The notes under the pieces are model-generated. The model searched no databases. It was not told the origin of the DNA and saw nothing but the letters and a program-made list of their open reading frames with translations. A stretch of DNA of 25,161 nucleotides from Bdellovibrionota bacterium (GTDB lineage Bacteria; Bdellovibrionota_C; UBA2361; OMIW01). The DNA lies in the NCBI GenBank assembly GCA_044345055.1, contig JBIJBT010000038.1, positions 1-25,161 of the forward strand, in the 5' to 3' direction. The stretch's first letter is position 1. The number at the start of each line of letters is the position of its first letter. A program made the position numbers and the translations under genes. Of the stretch, positions 9,066 through 17,902 are shown piece after piece.

Positions 9066-10739
9066 CTATTGGAATTGGACGTAGAACGACTGCCGCGCAG
9101 TAGTTTGTCCACCCGTAACGCTCTCGCCGCGAGCTTCAAGGGAAACCATGGCCGTACCCGTTCCAGCTCCACCCGCGCGCGTGGCGCACGTCTTGAGATC
9201 GACGGTAAAGGTCAGAGTATTGCCAACTGAGGCTCCTCGGTCTCCGAGCGAATCACGATACGGCGTGCCATTGGCGCCTTGATTGAAGAAGATACTACCT
9301 CCTGTTCCAAAGGGAGTGGTATCAGCGAGGAGTTCATTTGACACGTTTGTATAGAGCCCCGCACACGTTGCTTGCACGTCGCCAACCCCTACGCCGTAGT
9401 TTAACGTGCCCCAATCGAGGTATCCGGTCTCATCGGTGCGAATCGCGGCACGCTGTGGTCGCCAGAAGGTCATGGTGAGCTGTCCACTTGGAGGCAGCAC
9501 TATTGGGTCCGACGACGACGTTCCTGGGATTGACCCCGAGGTAGGACTCACCGCATTGTAGTCAACAGTCACCTCTCCCGCTCCTGCGTTGTAGCTTTTC
9601 AGTGCCGGCACAGAGACAAAGTATGGCGCAAGGGTAAAGGTTTTTCTCGTTATTTCACCGGTATCTGAGGTGACAACCGCTTCAAATACATCCCCCGGTC
9701 TAAATTGACTTCGACCAACTCGTGGCTGGATAGCCGCGACGACCGCTCCCAAGCTGTTAATCTTCTCCATTCTAGGATATCCGGCTGAGGTAAGGAGTTC
9801 CGCCCACGGCCTACGAAAATCATTCGAGCTCTCAGAGACTCCGCTAAAGTACGCTACCGGAGTGTTTCGCCTGCAGTATGCGAGAGCGTCATCGCAGACG
9901 ATATATCCACCGGTGGCGAGGCTGCTTTGATTTTGAGGAAGCGAGATGAATGTTAATAAAGCGAAGAGATTTTCGCCCCCAATAACCGTGTCAATAGCGG
10001 CATCCGAGAGTCCACTGCGGACGTGGGCATTCAGAGAATTCCGTAACTCCAAAACCATTGTCGTGTAAGGGATGTCACTTCCAGCTGAATCTGGATCCGA
10101 AGGGTCCAAGATCAGATCTCCGTCATCATCCGCGTCAAACGCATTCGGAATCCCGTCTCGGTCATCATCTGAGCCAGACGCACTTGCCGCGGCCATCACC
10201 AAAGCTCTGACATTTGCTGTTGAGCCCGTTCTTACAAGACCTAACTGGTCAGCACCGAGGGGCTTCCCTCGGAGCGCTTTGGTGGTCGGCTTCGCTACTA
10301 CGACACCAAGGGATTTTGTGGTGGTCTTGGCAACCTGCGCATATCCTGACTTGAGAGTGACTGTACCAAGGGAAATCTTCTTTTGCTTACCACTTACGAG
10401 TTTCCCCGAGAACGTGGTGGAAACTTTGCTGCTCGCCCCCCCAAGAACAATCGGACCTGCATAGCGCCCGTTGGTATCGCTCATCTGGAGACTCGCTCCT
10501 TTCAGACGAGTCTTTGTCACTTTTTTGAAAGAGAACTTCCCACGAGAACTCGCAATAGCTGCTGTCGACTTGCCAGCGCTCTCAACGAGGTAAACTGTAT
10601 AACCAGCGCCCTTCGAGAGAATCCCGTCCACAGTTAATGATTGCGCCACACTATCCGAAACCTGCGAAAGGGCAAGCGAGAGGCCAACGGAGGAGAAGAG
10701 GGCAATTCGGCTCAAGATATTCATAAGCTTTCTATCCAT
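9066..10739 (-). CDS. Secreted protein with a thrombospondin-type-3-like Ca-binding repeat
   Basis: 557 aa with a signal peptide, a Lys-rich N-terminal domain and the acidic repeat DDDRDGIPNAFDADDDGDLILDPSD. Confidence 0.8.
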   Translation of the reverse strand: MDRKLMNILSRIALFSSVGLSLALSQVSDSVAQSLTVDGILSKGAGYTVYLVESAGKSTAAIASSRGKFSFKKVTKTRLKGASLQMSDTNGRYAGPIVLGGASSKVSTTFSGKLVSGKQKKISLGTVTLKSGYAQVAKTTTKSLGVVVAKPTTKALRGKPLGADQLGLVRTGSTANVRALVMAAASASGSDDDRDGIPNAFDADDDGDLILDPSDPDSAGSDIPYTTMVLELRNSLNAHVRSGLSDAAIDTVIGGENLFALLTFISLPQNQSSLATGGYIVCDDALAYCRRNTPVAYFSGVSESSNDFRRPWAELLTSAGYPRMEKINSLGAVVAAIQPRVGRSQFRPGDVFEAVVTSDTGEITRKTFTLAPYFVSVPALKSYNAGAGEVTVDYNAVSPTSGSIPGTSSSDPIVLPPSGQLTMTFWRPQRAAIRTDETGYLDWGTLNYGVGVGDVQATCAGLYTNVSNELLADTTPFGTGGSIFFNQGANGTPYRDSLGDRGASVGNTLTFTVDLKTCATRAGGAGTGTAMVSLEARGESVTGGQTTARQSFYVQFQ

Positions 10740-10831
10740 CCCACTAAAAGCACCTGCCTAGTGTCAACTCACGAGGAGACTACTGTAAAGACCAAAATTT
10801 ACACCGCTGCTTAAGCAACCCCGTCTCTTTT

Positions 10832-10940
10832 CTCCTTACCTCTTTTCTCCTTACCTCTATACTCCTTACCTCTATACTCCTTACCTCTATACCTTACCTC
10901 TATACCTCAGAGGTATAGAGGTAAGTATAGAGGTAAGGAG
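10832..10940. repeat. Palindromic site, class P (copy 2), with tandem 15-bp arm array
   Basis: Four CTCCTTACCTCTWTW units (10832-10891), then CCTTACCTCTATACCTC-A-GAGGTATAGAGGTAAG (10892-10925, centre 10909), then TATAGAGGTAAGGAG. Confidence 0.95.
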
Positions 10941-10964
10941 AAGTGTCTAAATTTTGAGAGTCAC

Positions 10965-11047
10965 ATCACATCAAATAAACGATAAATATTGGAACGTTAC
11001 ATTATTTCTGGTAGAACGCTAGATTGGATTTGATGCGATAGCCTTGG
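10965..11047. repeat. 83-bp repeat, copy 1 (res-like)
   Basis: Ungapped 69/83 match, counted by hand, to 17402-17484. It has inverted ends ATCACATCAAA...TTTGATGCGAT and internal GAACGYTA twice. Confidence 0.85.
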
Positions 11048-11165
11048 TCTCGGTGGTACCTTTATTGATTAAGCACCATCTTTCCGGTAAAAATTGGGTA
11101 ATTTAAATTCCGGTTAGGGAGCGAGGCTCGAGGAGGGCGGCATCGTGTTTTCCTAACATCGATCG

Positions 11166-11999
11166 ATGGAGTTCCCTCCATCTGCCGTCGTTTCGACCGC
11201 CCATGATGGGGTGTTTCCGTTGAGGCACTATATACCAAAATTCAACAGTCAATTTTGGAGTGGCCGGGCTTGTATTTCCGGGAGCTACTCCCACCAATAC
11301 ACCGACGAAAGACTCGCTTATAGGGCCGACCTTGTCGGTTCCACCCTTTAACTCTTGTCGGGAATTTGGGCCCGGTGATATATCCTATTGTCTGAAGTCG
11401 ACGGTCATGATCGAGCGGAAGATCGATCTCCAAGGAGGGCTTTCCGTCGGGGCGGGTTTTTGGATAAAAACGGATCAGGGGTATTTCCTCGTTACCAATG
11501 ACCACGTGGTCGAAGGGTCGAATGGCCGTCGGTCCGATCTCCGTATATTGGTCGGCGATGGGCTAGGTTTCCAGAGTTAATTCCTGTAGAGAAGGTGGGT
11601 GCAGCGTCTCGGAATGACATCGCACTCCTTCGACCAATTGACCGCTCATTCCAGCCACCAGTGTGCATACCGCTGGCGGACCCATGGGACTTAATCCAGG
11701 GGGTGCCGGTTCTGGCTATTGGTAATCCAAATGGCCTTAGATTCAACGCGGTAACAGGGAATATCTCAAGTCCCACTGGAACCCGCTACTCGATAGACAG
11801 AATCCGATCGGAAGGATGCGTAACTGTAACAGCCCCCATCAACGGAGGTAACTCCGGAGGGCCAGTATTCGTCATAACCCCCGGAGGAATCCGAGTCGCG
11901 GGCGTTGTCGTTGGTAAGGATAGGTATGCGGAGGGTATTGCTTTTGTAATTCCCGCCGACCGGGTGACTTACGCAATGATAGAAGTTAAGTCAACCTAG
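11166..11999 (+). pseudogene. Trypsin-like (HtrA/DegP-type) serine protease, frameshifted
   Basis: The His motif GAGFW...LVTNDHVV lies in the 11260-11580 frame, while the Asp (NDIALL) and Ser (GNSGGP) motifs lie in the 11595-11999 frame. The frameshift is at about 11560-11575, and the 5' boundary is uncertain. Confidence 0.8.
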
Positions 12000-12000
12000 A

Positions 12001-12025
12001 ACTTCTATGCCTCTGAGTAATGAGG
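12001..12025. repeat. Degenerate palindromic site, class Q
   Basis: ACTTCTATGCCTC-T-GAGTAATGAGG (centre 12014), immediately after the protease stop codon. Confidence 0.6.
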
Positions 12026-12248
12026 AAAAAAGCGGAGTAAGATTTTTGGAGAGAAGATATTAGATACTCCCGGCTAACTTTTCTACAGCAGCGGACGTAC
12101 TCAACAGTGGATTCGATATGCTGTACAAAAGTTACATTAAATCTTGACACGCAGAGTGAGGCTCTGTTATTTTTAAAAAAAGAATCGATGGTAAGGCACC
12201 ATAAGTCTTTGCGTTGTCGGTGAGCCTCATTTAGATAACTCTAGAGAA

Positions 12249-13190
12249 TTGAATTTTATGAGCTTTAAAAAAATCGGGATTTGCTGTTTGTCCTCTTTGG
12301 CTCTCGCATTTTCCCTATTACCAGTATACGCAGAGGATTATCGACAGGAGCGTGAGGAGGCTCGTCGCGAGCTTGCGCCCTATTTCCGGAAAGAGGTTGC
12401 CATACAATCTGCGCTGGTAGAATCGACGGGCCCTGAGTGGATCGAAAAACTCGGCGCAAGATATAGGCTTGTGGGATGTCCTGAGCAACCCATTCGACAG
12501 GCGGATGCCACCAAGGAGCTGATATTTAGAACGGCAGGCCCTGGGCCATGGGTGGGTGCAGTCGACGGAATTAACATCGAAATTAAAAATCCCGATGGGA
12601 GGGTGGGCGGAAGTGTCGCTTATCCATCTAACTCAACGGCGCGCTTGCCGGATGATAACAAAAATGGGCCAAAGTACGAGTTTTTCTTTGACGAGACGCT
12701 TAATGTTCGACGCGCCCTCGTTGATGCAGCCATAGCTGCGTTCGACCGCTGCTTCAGTAAGCTCCCACCAGGACGTTTTACCTCTGATGAGCTCGATCGC
12801 CTCTGCCCGTATCGCCCCGTCTCGCGCGACCAACAGCGGCAGACCTGTGTTGTGAGTACTAACGGCACGATAGGCCGACCATTAATTGATGGGATCGGAT
12901 ATGAGGTCGAGGTGAACGAGTCAACACTCTGTGACTTCGTAGGAATTAGCAGGAGCGGTGATACAAACACGAGTTTTACAACCTGCTTCAATAATACTTA
13001 CAAAGGTGTTGCAACGCTCTCAGCCCAGATTGCACCGTTGACTGCAAAGCAGAAGCTACTGCGCTCAGCTAGGAGCCGGATATCCAGGATGTGTACCAAA
13101 TCACGCTCGGGACGACGGTTGAGGAACCCAAAGATGCAAGAGTGTGTCGTGAGTCAAATGTCAAAAGTTATGGCAGGAAATCGCAGTTAA
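12249..13190 (+). CDS. Secreted Cys-containing hypothetical protein
   Basis: 313-aa ORF with a signal peptide (ending VYA/ED) and a basic C-terminus. The ATG at 12258 may be the true start. Confidence 0.75.
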   Translation: MNFMSFKKIGICCLSSLALAFSLLPVYAEDYRQEREEARRELAPYFRKEVAIQSALVESTGPEWIEKLGARYRLVGCPEQPIRQADATKELIFRTAGPGPWVGAVDGINIEIKNPDGRVGGSVAYPSNSTARLPDDNKNGPKYEFFFDETLNVRRALVDAAIAAFDRCFSKLPPGRFTSDELDRLCPYRPVSRDQQRQTCVVSTNGTIGRPLIDGIGYEVEVNESTLCDFVGISRSGDTNTSFTTCFNNTYKGVATLSAQIAPLTAKQKLLRSARSRISRMCTKSRSGRRLRNPKMQECVVSQMSKVMAGNRS

Positions 13191-13241
13191 AGAGCGATTT
13201 AGTATGTCGCAATTACAGGGCTACCGCACCAAACGCAGTCT

Positions 13242-13276
13242 CCTTACCTCTACACCTCAGAGGTATAGAGGTAAGG
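13242..13276. repeat. Palindromic site, class P (copy 3)
   Basis: CCTTACCTCTACACCTC-A-GAGGTATAGAGGTAAGG, centre 13259. Confidence 0.95.
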
Positions 13277-13341
13277 TTTTTTTCAGTAGATAAAGATCGA
13301 ACTACTCAATAAGACAGGAGCTAGCTAGGTCCGTTTGAGTC

Positions 13342-13659
13342 CTATAAATCGAGAAAAGTGCCCTCAATATCTCTTGCTGAGTGAAGGAGCCTGACAATTA
13401 CCAGAGACGAATCCTCAAACTGATAAAATACGAGCAGCTTACTGAAGCCCTTTACTGGCCACTGTCTGATATTTTTGAGCCTCGGATGATAATAAAACCG
13501 AAGCTTGCCACTCTCGGGAAACTCTTAAAGATAGCGGAGAGTCACCTCGATAGCTTCAGTCAGCTTGGTGACAAGCCCTGCTCCATGGTCATCAAGATAA
13601 GCCATGTGATCAAGGATATCTTCCTTTGCTTTTGGTAGGAAAATTACGGGGAGGGTCAT
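13342..13659 (-). pseudogene. parE: ParE/RelE-family toxin with a premature stop
   Basis: Manual translation MTLPVIFLPKAKEDILDHMAYL...LRYL*EFPESG...LLVFYQFEDSSLVIVRLLHSARDI. The TAA at 13525-13527 is codon 45 of 106, and the start overlaps the parD stop. Confidence 0.85.
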
Positions 13660-13943
13660 TTAGGAGTTCCCTTTCCTCCTCTCGAAGCCAGCTCCTTATT
13701 AAGTTCTTGAAATAATTGTGGCGTTACCGTTTCGCCCTTACCAGACTCAAGTCCTTCCAATAACAACTCTTCCAGTCTGGCCTGAGACTTCCGTTCCCTG
13801 TCTTTCCTTACAAGCTCCCGGATATACTCGCTAACCGTCCCATACCCCATGGCAACCTGAGCCTCCACAAAAGAACGAAGGCTCTCAGGAAGGGAGATAT
13901 TCATACTGGTCATTTTATTTTTGCTGAGATTTTCTGTTTCCAT
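13656..13943 (-). CDS. parD: ParD-family ribbon-helix-helix antitoxin
   Basis: MNISLPESLRSFVEAQVAMGYGTVSEYIRELVR...LLLEGLESG is the typical RHH ParD pattern, and the gene is coupled to a parE-like gene. Confidence 0.9.
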   Translation of the reverse strand: METENLSKNKMTSMNISLPESLRSFVEAQVAMGYGTVSEYIRELVRKDRERKSQARLEELLLEGLESGKGETVTPQLFQELNKELASRGGKGTPK

Positions 13944-13952
13944 GATTAAACT

Positions 13953-13978
13953 ATGGCATATCCTGCCATTTTATGCCA
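13953..13978. promoter_or_regulatory. Probable parDE autoregulatory operator
   Basis: Inverted repeat TGGCATA (13954-13960) / TATGCCA (13972-13978), plus an inner TGCCAT, just upstream of parD. Confidence 0.55.
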
Positions 13979-14150
13979 CGTATTTTCTAATGGCCCCAAA
14001 TTTCTTTATCTTCGATGGCTTTTAATTTGAGGCAACTCGATGCCCGAGAGATATGTCGTTTCTTTTTTAATACCCCCATAACCCCTAAGTCAGTCGGCCT
14101 ACGCTTACGCTCATGGCTGGCTCCAATTCACTAAGCTGCTGATTTTCAAA

Positions 14151-16361
14151 ATGACACCCACCCTGATCGCTCCACCACCGAGCCCATTACAAGCACCGAG
14201 CGTCTCTTCTTTGGCCGCAAATAATATCGTCAGCTTTAGTCGTGCGCCGGTGGTGTTAGGTTCAGCAACAACCTCGGGAGCGGCGTTCGGAGGCGCGATG
14301 GTGGGGGTAGCCGCGGGAGGCGTTACAGCGGTTGCCCTCGAGTTGGCATTCCCCCGTTCTGTCGCAGACGGAACGAGAACCGGCGCAGAAACTCGACTAC
14401 AACAGGAGGCGCTAAAGGCGATCCGTGGCAGGGGAGATGCCAACTTGTCGCCTCTTGAAAGACAGCTAAAATCTGCGCTTACCGAAGCGCACCAAGCATT
14501 TCCAGGCCAGAAATTTCAAGTAGTTCAGGGGTTTGATCATCAAGGGCAGACGGTGCTTGCCTTGCGTCGCGGAGAGACAACTATCCCTCTGATGATGGGG
14601 GCGTCGGTAATTTTTAACCCAACAATATCCGTGCCCGAAAGCGGAACCAGAGTGAGCTCAACCGCCAAGGTTCGAGATGAAAGGCTCGAACAGATCCGAG
14701 ATGCTCAGTTAGAAAGACATGCCCGAGAGGATCAGGCACGTAGACAAAGGCAGGTTACGGCTTCCTGGTCCGGTTCAGCGAAGGCAGATCTACTGAGAGC
14801 GTACGGATCGATGAAGGGCCAATTCGAGATGGCCACCCCTCCGACAATTCGATTGAAAGGGGTCGATACTAATCAGAATGGGAGGTCGGACCGTTTTAGC
14901 GTGGAATCAGCCGAAGCGGCAATCGCTCGAAGCTACGATAGTGCGGCACAGCACTCCTTTAAATTTAACCGTGATGCGGCCCCCAATGGAAACCGGATGG
15001 TCGCTTTTCGGCACCCTGAGGGCCCACTTGCTCCCGTTCTCGTGTACACGGGAACCCGTGCTGAGATCGCGAGGCTCGCTCGTGATGGCGTTGTCTCTGC
15101 CCAAGAACTCGCTCGTGCCGGGTTGGGGGCTGCTAGTCTGCGCCCAGGTTCTGCAAAAGCGGCACAACCGAGCCCGCCCCCGGATCTGCGTACCACCGTC
15201 ACTGCTCCCCGACCGACACCTACATCGACACCATCGACGACTCTGCAAAATCCCGGAGCAAAGCTTGGAGTGGGCTCGGGACGCGAGTTACTGTTGCGTC
15301 CGCAAAAAAACATACCTCTTCCTGGCGGTAGTTGTACAAGCACAAGCCCCTTCACGGTCCGCGGATTTCCGAACGGTCAAAACGCCGCCGATGACTCGTG
15401 TAAGACAGATACGCTCCCGATCTCTCCCGGGCAAGCTCACTCGACAACACCCTCACAGTCAACAGGTGGCGTTCGCCCTCGCCCACTGCATGAATCACCT
15501 CAAAGAGCGGGGGAGGCGCAACCATTTCAAGGGCCAACTGCGTCCGCAAGCGCCGTGGGTGGAGAAGCTGTAGCAACAAGTGATCGACCATCTCAAGCGT
15601 CGGACCGTGCATCGAGTGGAAAAAGCTCTCGGCAATTCGCACAACAAGGTACAAATCCAAGTAGTAAACGATCATCAAGTAACGAAGAACGTTTTGCCAG
15701 ACTGGAAGGACAGGTTGGATCGCAGACAGCAGAGGAACTGTTGGGGTTAACCGAGCAAGCTTTTCGCTCTGGGGGGGGGCTGCTCGAACTGTGTGAATTA
15801 TGGAAGGCCGCGAATATCCAGCACCGCCTAACGCCACAAACTGCTCTTACACTCACCGCGATTGTCTTAGATTTGCCGGAAAAAGTAATTGCCGTTCATG
15901 ACTTAGATCACTTAGCCGTGGGTCTAAACACCAGCAGCTTCAGCGAAGCACTACTCGGTCACCTTGGAAGCCACCCCCTCGCGAACTTATCGACGGAAGA
16001 CGCAATCGGAAAAGCCGTCCTTAATAAGGGACCACTTCCGCGTAGGCTCATTAGAGAGAAGTTCGCGCCGCTTTTTTCGACGTATAATGCCAGTGCGGAG
16101 GTCGACAGTCGAGCACCGTGGCCAAGCGCTACAGATCCTGACGCGCTTAAGGCATTTGCCAAGCGAGCCGCTTTGGCGGCGACACTAAGCCTTGGGGGCC
16201 TAGATCTTCAGGGTGTTTCTACCGTAAGCGTGAAACCCGAGGCACTTACCGGGTTAGATGGCCTTGATTTAGTCAATACGTACCCTAAAGTTTATGATGT
16301 TATCCTCTCCGAATTGAGTAAAATAAGCGAGAAACCAGCCTGGCTGCGGCGGTTTTGGTGA
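14151..16361 (+). CDS. Large hypothetical protein with a Pro/Ser/Thr-rich disordered middle
   Basis: 736-aa ORF with a Gly/Ala-rich hydrophobic segment near the N-terminus and a Leu-rich helical C-terminal domain. No family recognised. Confidence 0.7.
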   Translation: MTPTLIAPPPSPLQAPSVSSLAANNIVSFSRAPVVLGSATTSGAAFGGAMVGVAAGGVTAVALELAFPRSVADGTRTGAETRLQQEALKAIRGRGDANLSPLERQLKSALTEAHQAFPGQKFQVVQGFDHQGQTVLALRRGETTIPLMMGASVIFNPTISVPESGTRVSSTAKVRDERLEQIRDAQLERHAREDQARRQRQVTASWSGSAKADLLRAYGSMKGQFEMATPPTIRLKGVDTNQNGRSDRFSVESAEAAIARSYDSAAQHSFKFNRDAAPNGNRMVAFRHPEGPLAPVLVYTGTRAEIARLARDGVVSAQELARAGLGAASLRPGSAKAAQPSPPPDLRTTVTAPRPTPTSTPSTTLQNPGAKLGVGSGRELLLRPQKNIPLPGGSCTSTSPFTVRGFPNGQNAADDSCKTDTLPISPGQAHSTTPSQSTGGVRPRPLHESPQRAGEAQPFQGPTASASAVGGEAVATSDRPSQASDRASSGKSSRQFAQQGTNPSSKRSSSNEERFARLEGQVGSQTAEELLGLTEQAFRSGGGLLELCELWKAANIQHRLTPQTALTLTAIVLDLPEKVIAVHDLDHLAVGLNTSSFSEALLGHLGSHPLANLSTEDAIGKAVLNKGPLPRRLIREKFAPLFSTYNASAEVDSRAPWPSATDPDALKAFAKRAALAATLSLGGLDLQGVSTVSVKPEALTGLDGLDLVNTYPKVYDVILSELSKISEKPAWLRRFW

Positions 16362-16642
16362 CCCCCCCTAGCTCTCTCACAGGAAATCCTTTCATCCCCC
16401 GGTATTAGATAAGAGGGGATGATAGGAAATATAGCCTACACTTCTCGCGCTGTGTTCTGAAACCGCAAGTCCTTTCAGCTCTCTATATTTGATGAGATGA
16501 AGTAGGCTCATTCTCCATCGCGCACCTAACACTCCCGCTGCTGTCCTCGCGCCATTCGGTGGACAACGCGCACGGCTCAACTATAAGGCTTTCTCGAGTT
16601 CAGGTATGGCAATTTCTGGTACGTGTTGGGCTGCGATACATC

Positions 16643-16677
16643 CCTTACCTCCATACCTCAGAGGTATAGAGGTAAGG
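16643..16677. repeat. Palindromic site, class P (copy 4)
   Basis: CCTTACCTCCATACCTC-A-GAGGTATAGAGGTAAGG, centre 16660. Confidence 0.95.
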
Positions 16678-16882
16678 CTAATTGGCTTTTTTGCCGCTGA
16701 ATGAGCGTATTAAACCCCTCTCCAATACGCCCATTCGCACCCGACTACGCTTATTCGGCCTTCCGCCAGCGCGCGCCTCGGCCGCGTCCTTCGCTTGTCA
16801 AACGCCCTTCGCGCTTTAATTGGCCAAGCAAGGCCCGTATCCAATCACGCCCGACGCTGGGGCAGGCCGCTTACCGACTCGG

Positions 16883-17218
16883 TGGTTTTATACGCTTGTC
16901 TCTGGGGCAGTAGCCTACGATGAGGCTCCAGACAGAGTAATAAAGGGACTTGCCCGTCATCCTGTGCCAATCATAATTCTTGCTCGAATCGCTACAGCAA
17001 AAGCTTCGCAAGGAAAAGGAGTTGGAGCCTCCCTTCTCAAGGATGCAATGAAAAGGGCAGCGTCTGCTGCCGATATTGTTGGAGCTCGGGCTCTTGTTGC
17101 TCATGCAAAAAATGATTCGGCGCGATCATTTTTTGAACGGTTTGATTTTATCTCTTCCCCCACAAACCCTCTTCATCTCTTCCTTCTTATGAAAGACTTG
17201 CAACGCTTTATTAAGTAA
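16883..17218 (+). pseudogene. GNAT acetyltransferase toxin (TacT/AtaT-like), N-terminally truncated
   Basis: FYTL...PVPIIILARIA...QGKGVGASLLKDA...ALVAHAKNDSARSFFERFDF matches TA-type GNAT toxins. The N-terminal portion and the upstream antitoxin are absent. Confidence 0.85.
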
Positions 17219-17252
17219 GCCCATCTCTGCAATTCTGTAAGCCTTCGATCCG

Positions 17253-17282
17253 AACCTCCTTATCTCAGAGACATAGAGATCC
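17253..17282. repeat. Palindromic site, class Q
   Basis: AACCTCCTTATCTC-A-GAGACATAGAGATCC (centre 17267). Its reverse complement closely matches 22277-22306 and 22398-22427. Confidence 0.85.
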
Positions 17283-17401
17283 AGCGTTCGACCCTCTACA
17301 CGCGGATCTTTCATCACAGACACAACTCGCTCTACTACCTGAACAACGCTCTCACCTGTCATATAATCCATCTCCAGAAATATCACCGAAGATGCCTCCT
17401 T

Positions 17402-17484
17402 ATCACATCAAAAAAAAGAGAGGTATTCGAACGTTAGATTATTTTCGATAGAACGCTAGGTTGGATTTGGTGCGATGGCCCTGG
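17402..17484. repeat. 83-bp repeat, copy 2 (res-like)
   Basis: Direct-repeat partner of 10965-11047, overlapping a class-Q half-site (CCTCCTTATC) at its left end. Confidence 0.85.
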
Positions 17485-17492
17485 GGAGACCC

Positions 17493-17734
17493 TCACTTCT
17501 TATCTTTTCTTCGCTTACGCGTTGTCTTCGTTCGCCCGACCTCCTTATTCCTCAAAAGCCGAAGGACGTACCGCCGGGATACGCAAAGTTGCTCACAAAG
17601 CTCCCCCAGTATCTGCCCCTTCTCGTTTTTGCTCTCACGGGTATAGCGCCCCCGAAACACTTCGATAATACACCGCTTCTCTAGCTCGTTCACTCATGCC
17701 TCCTACGTTTCGAGGGCATAAATTTTGAGTCAAC
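17493..17734 (-). mobile_element. Left end and N-terminal transposase remnant of an IS481/ISNCY-like element
   Basis: GGAGG RBS and ATG at 17697, frameshifting into RGRYTRESKNEKGQILGELCEQLCVSRRYVLRLL (RY..SK.EKG.IL.E motif). The upstream CGTTGACTCAAAAT resembles termini of this group. Confidence 0.6.
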
Positions 17735-17902
17735 GGGCCCTGACAATTTCCTTAACCTTTTTCGTTTGAGGAGATTTATTTCGAGGCGCATCGCTATCCC
17801 TCCTATTTTTGCTTAGCTAACGCCATAGTGTTAACCTCATGACCCAGAGCGTTTTATCTGAAAAGTCTTCAACAACCTTGGAGCTAAACGAGGGATAGGG
17901 CT

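Noticed and set aside
10892..10925. Protelomerase (telRL-type) hairpin telomere site
   Set aside because: Multiple internal copies would fragment the replicon, flanks are not mirror images, and no protelomerase gene is visible.
13381..13638. 85-aa plus-strand ORF
   Set aside because: Antisense shadow of the parE pseudogene.
14021..14037. TTTAATTTGAGGCAAC as an isolated IS end similar to 17720-17734
   Set aside because: Too short and has no adjacent transposase sequence, so it cannot be supported.
14878..16188. Several overlapping alternative ORFs inside the 736-aa gene
   Set aside because: Expected shadow frames in GC-rich, low-complexity coding DNA, with no recognisable motifs.
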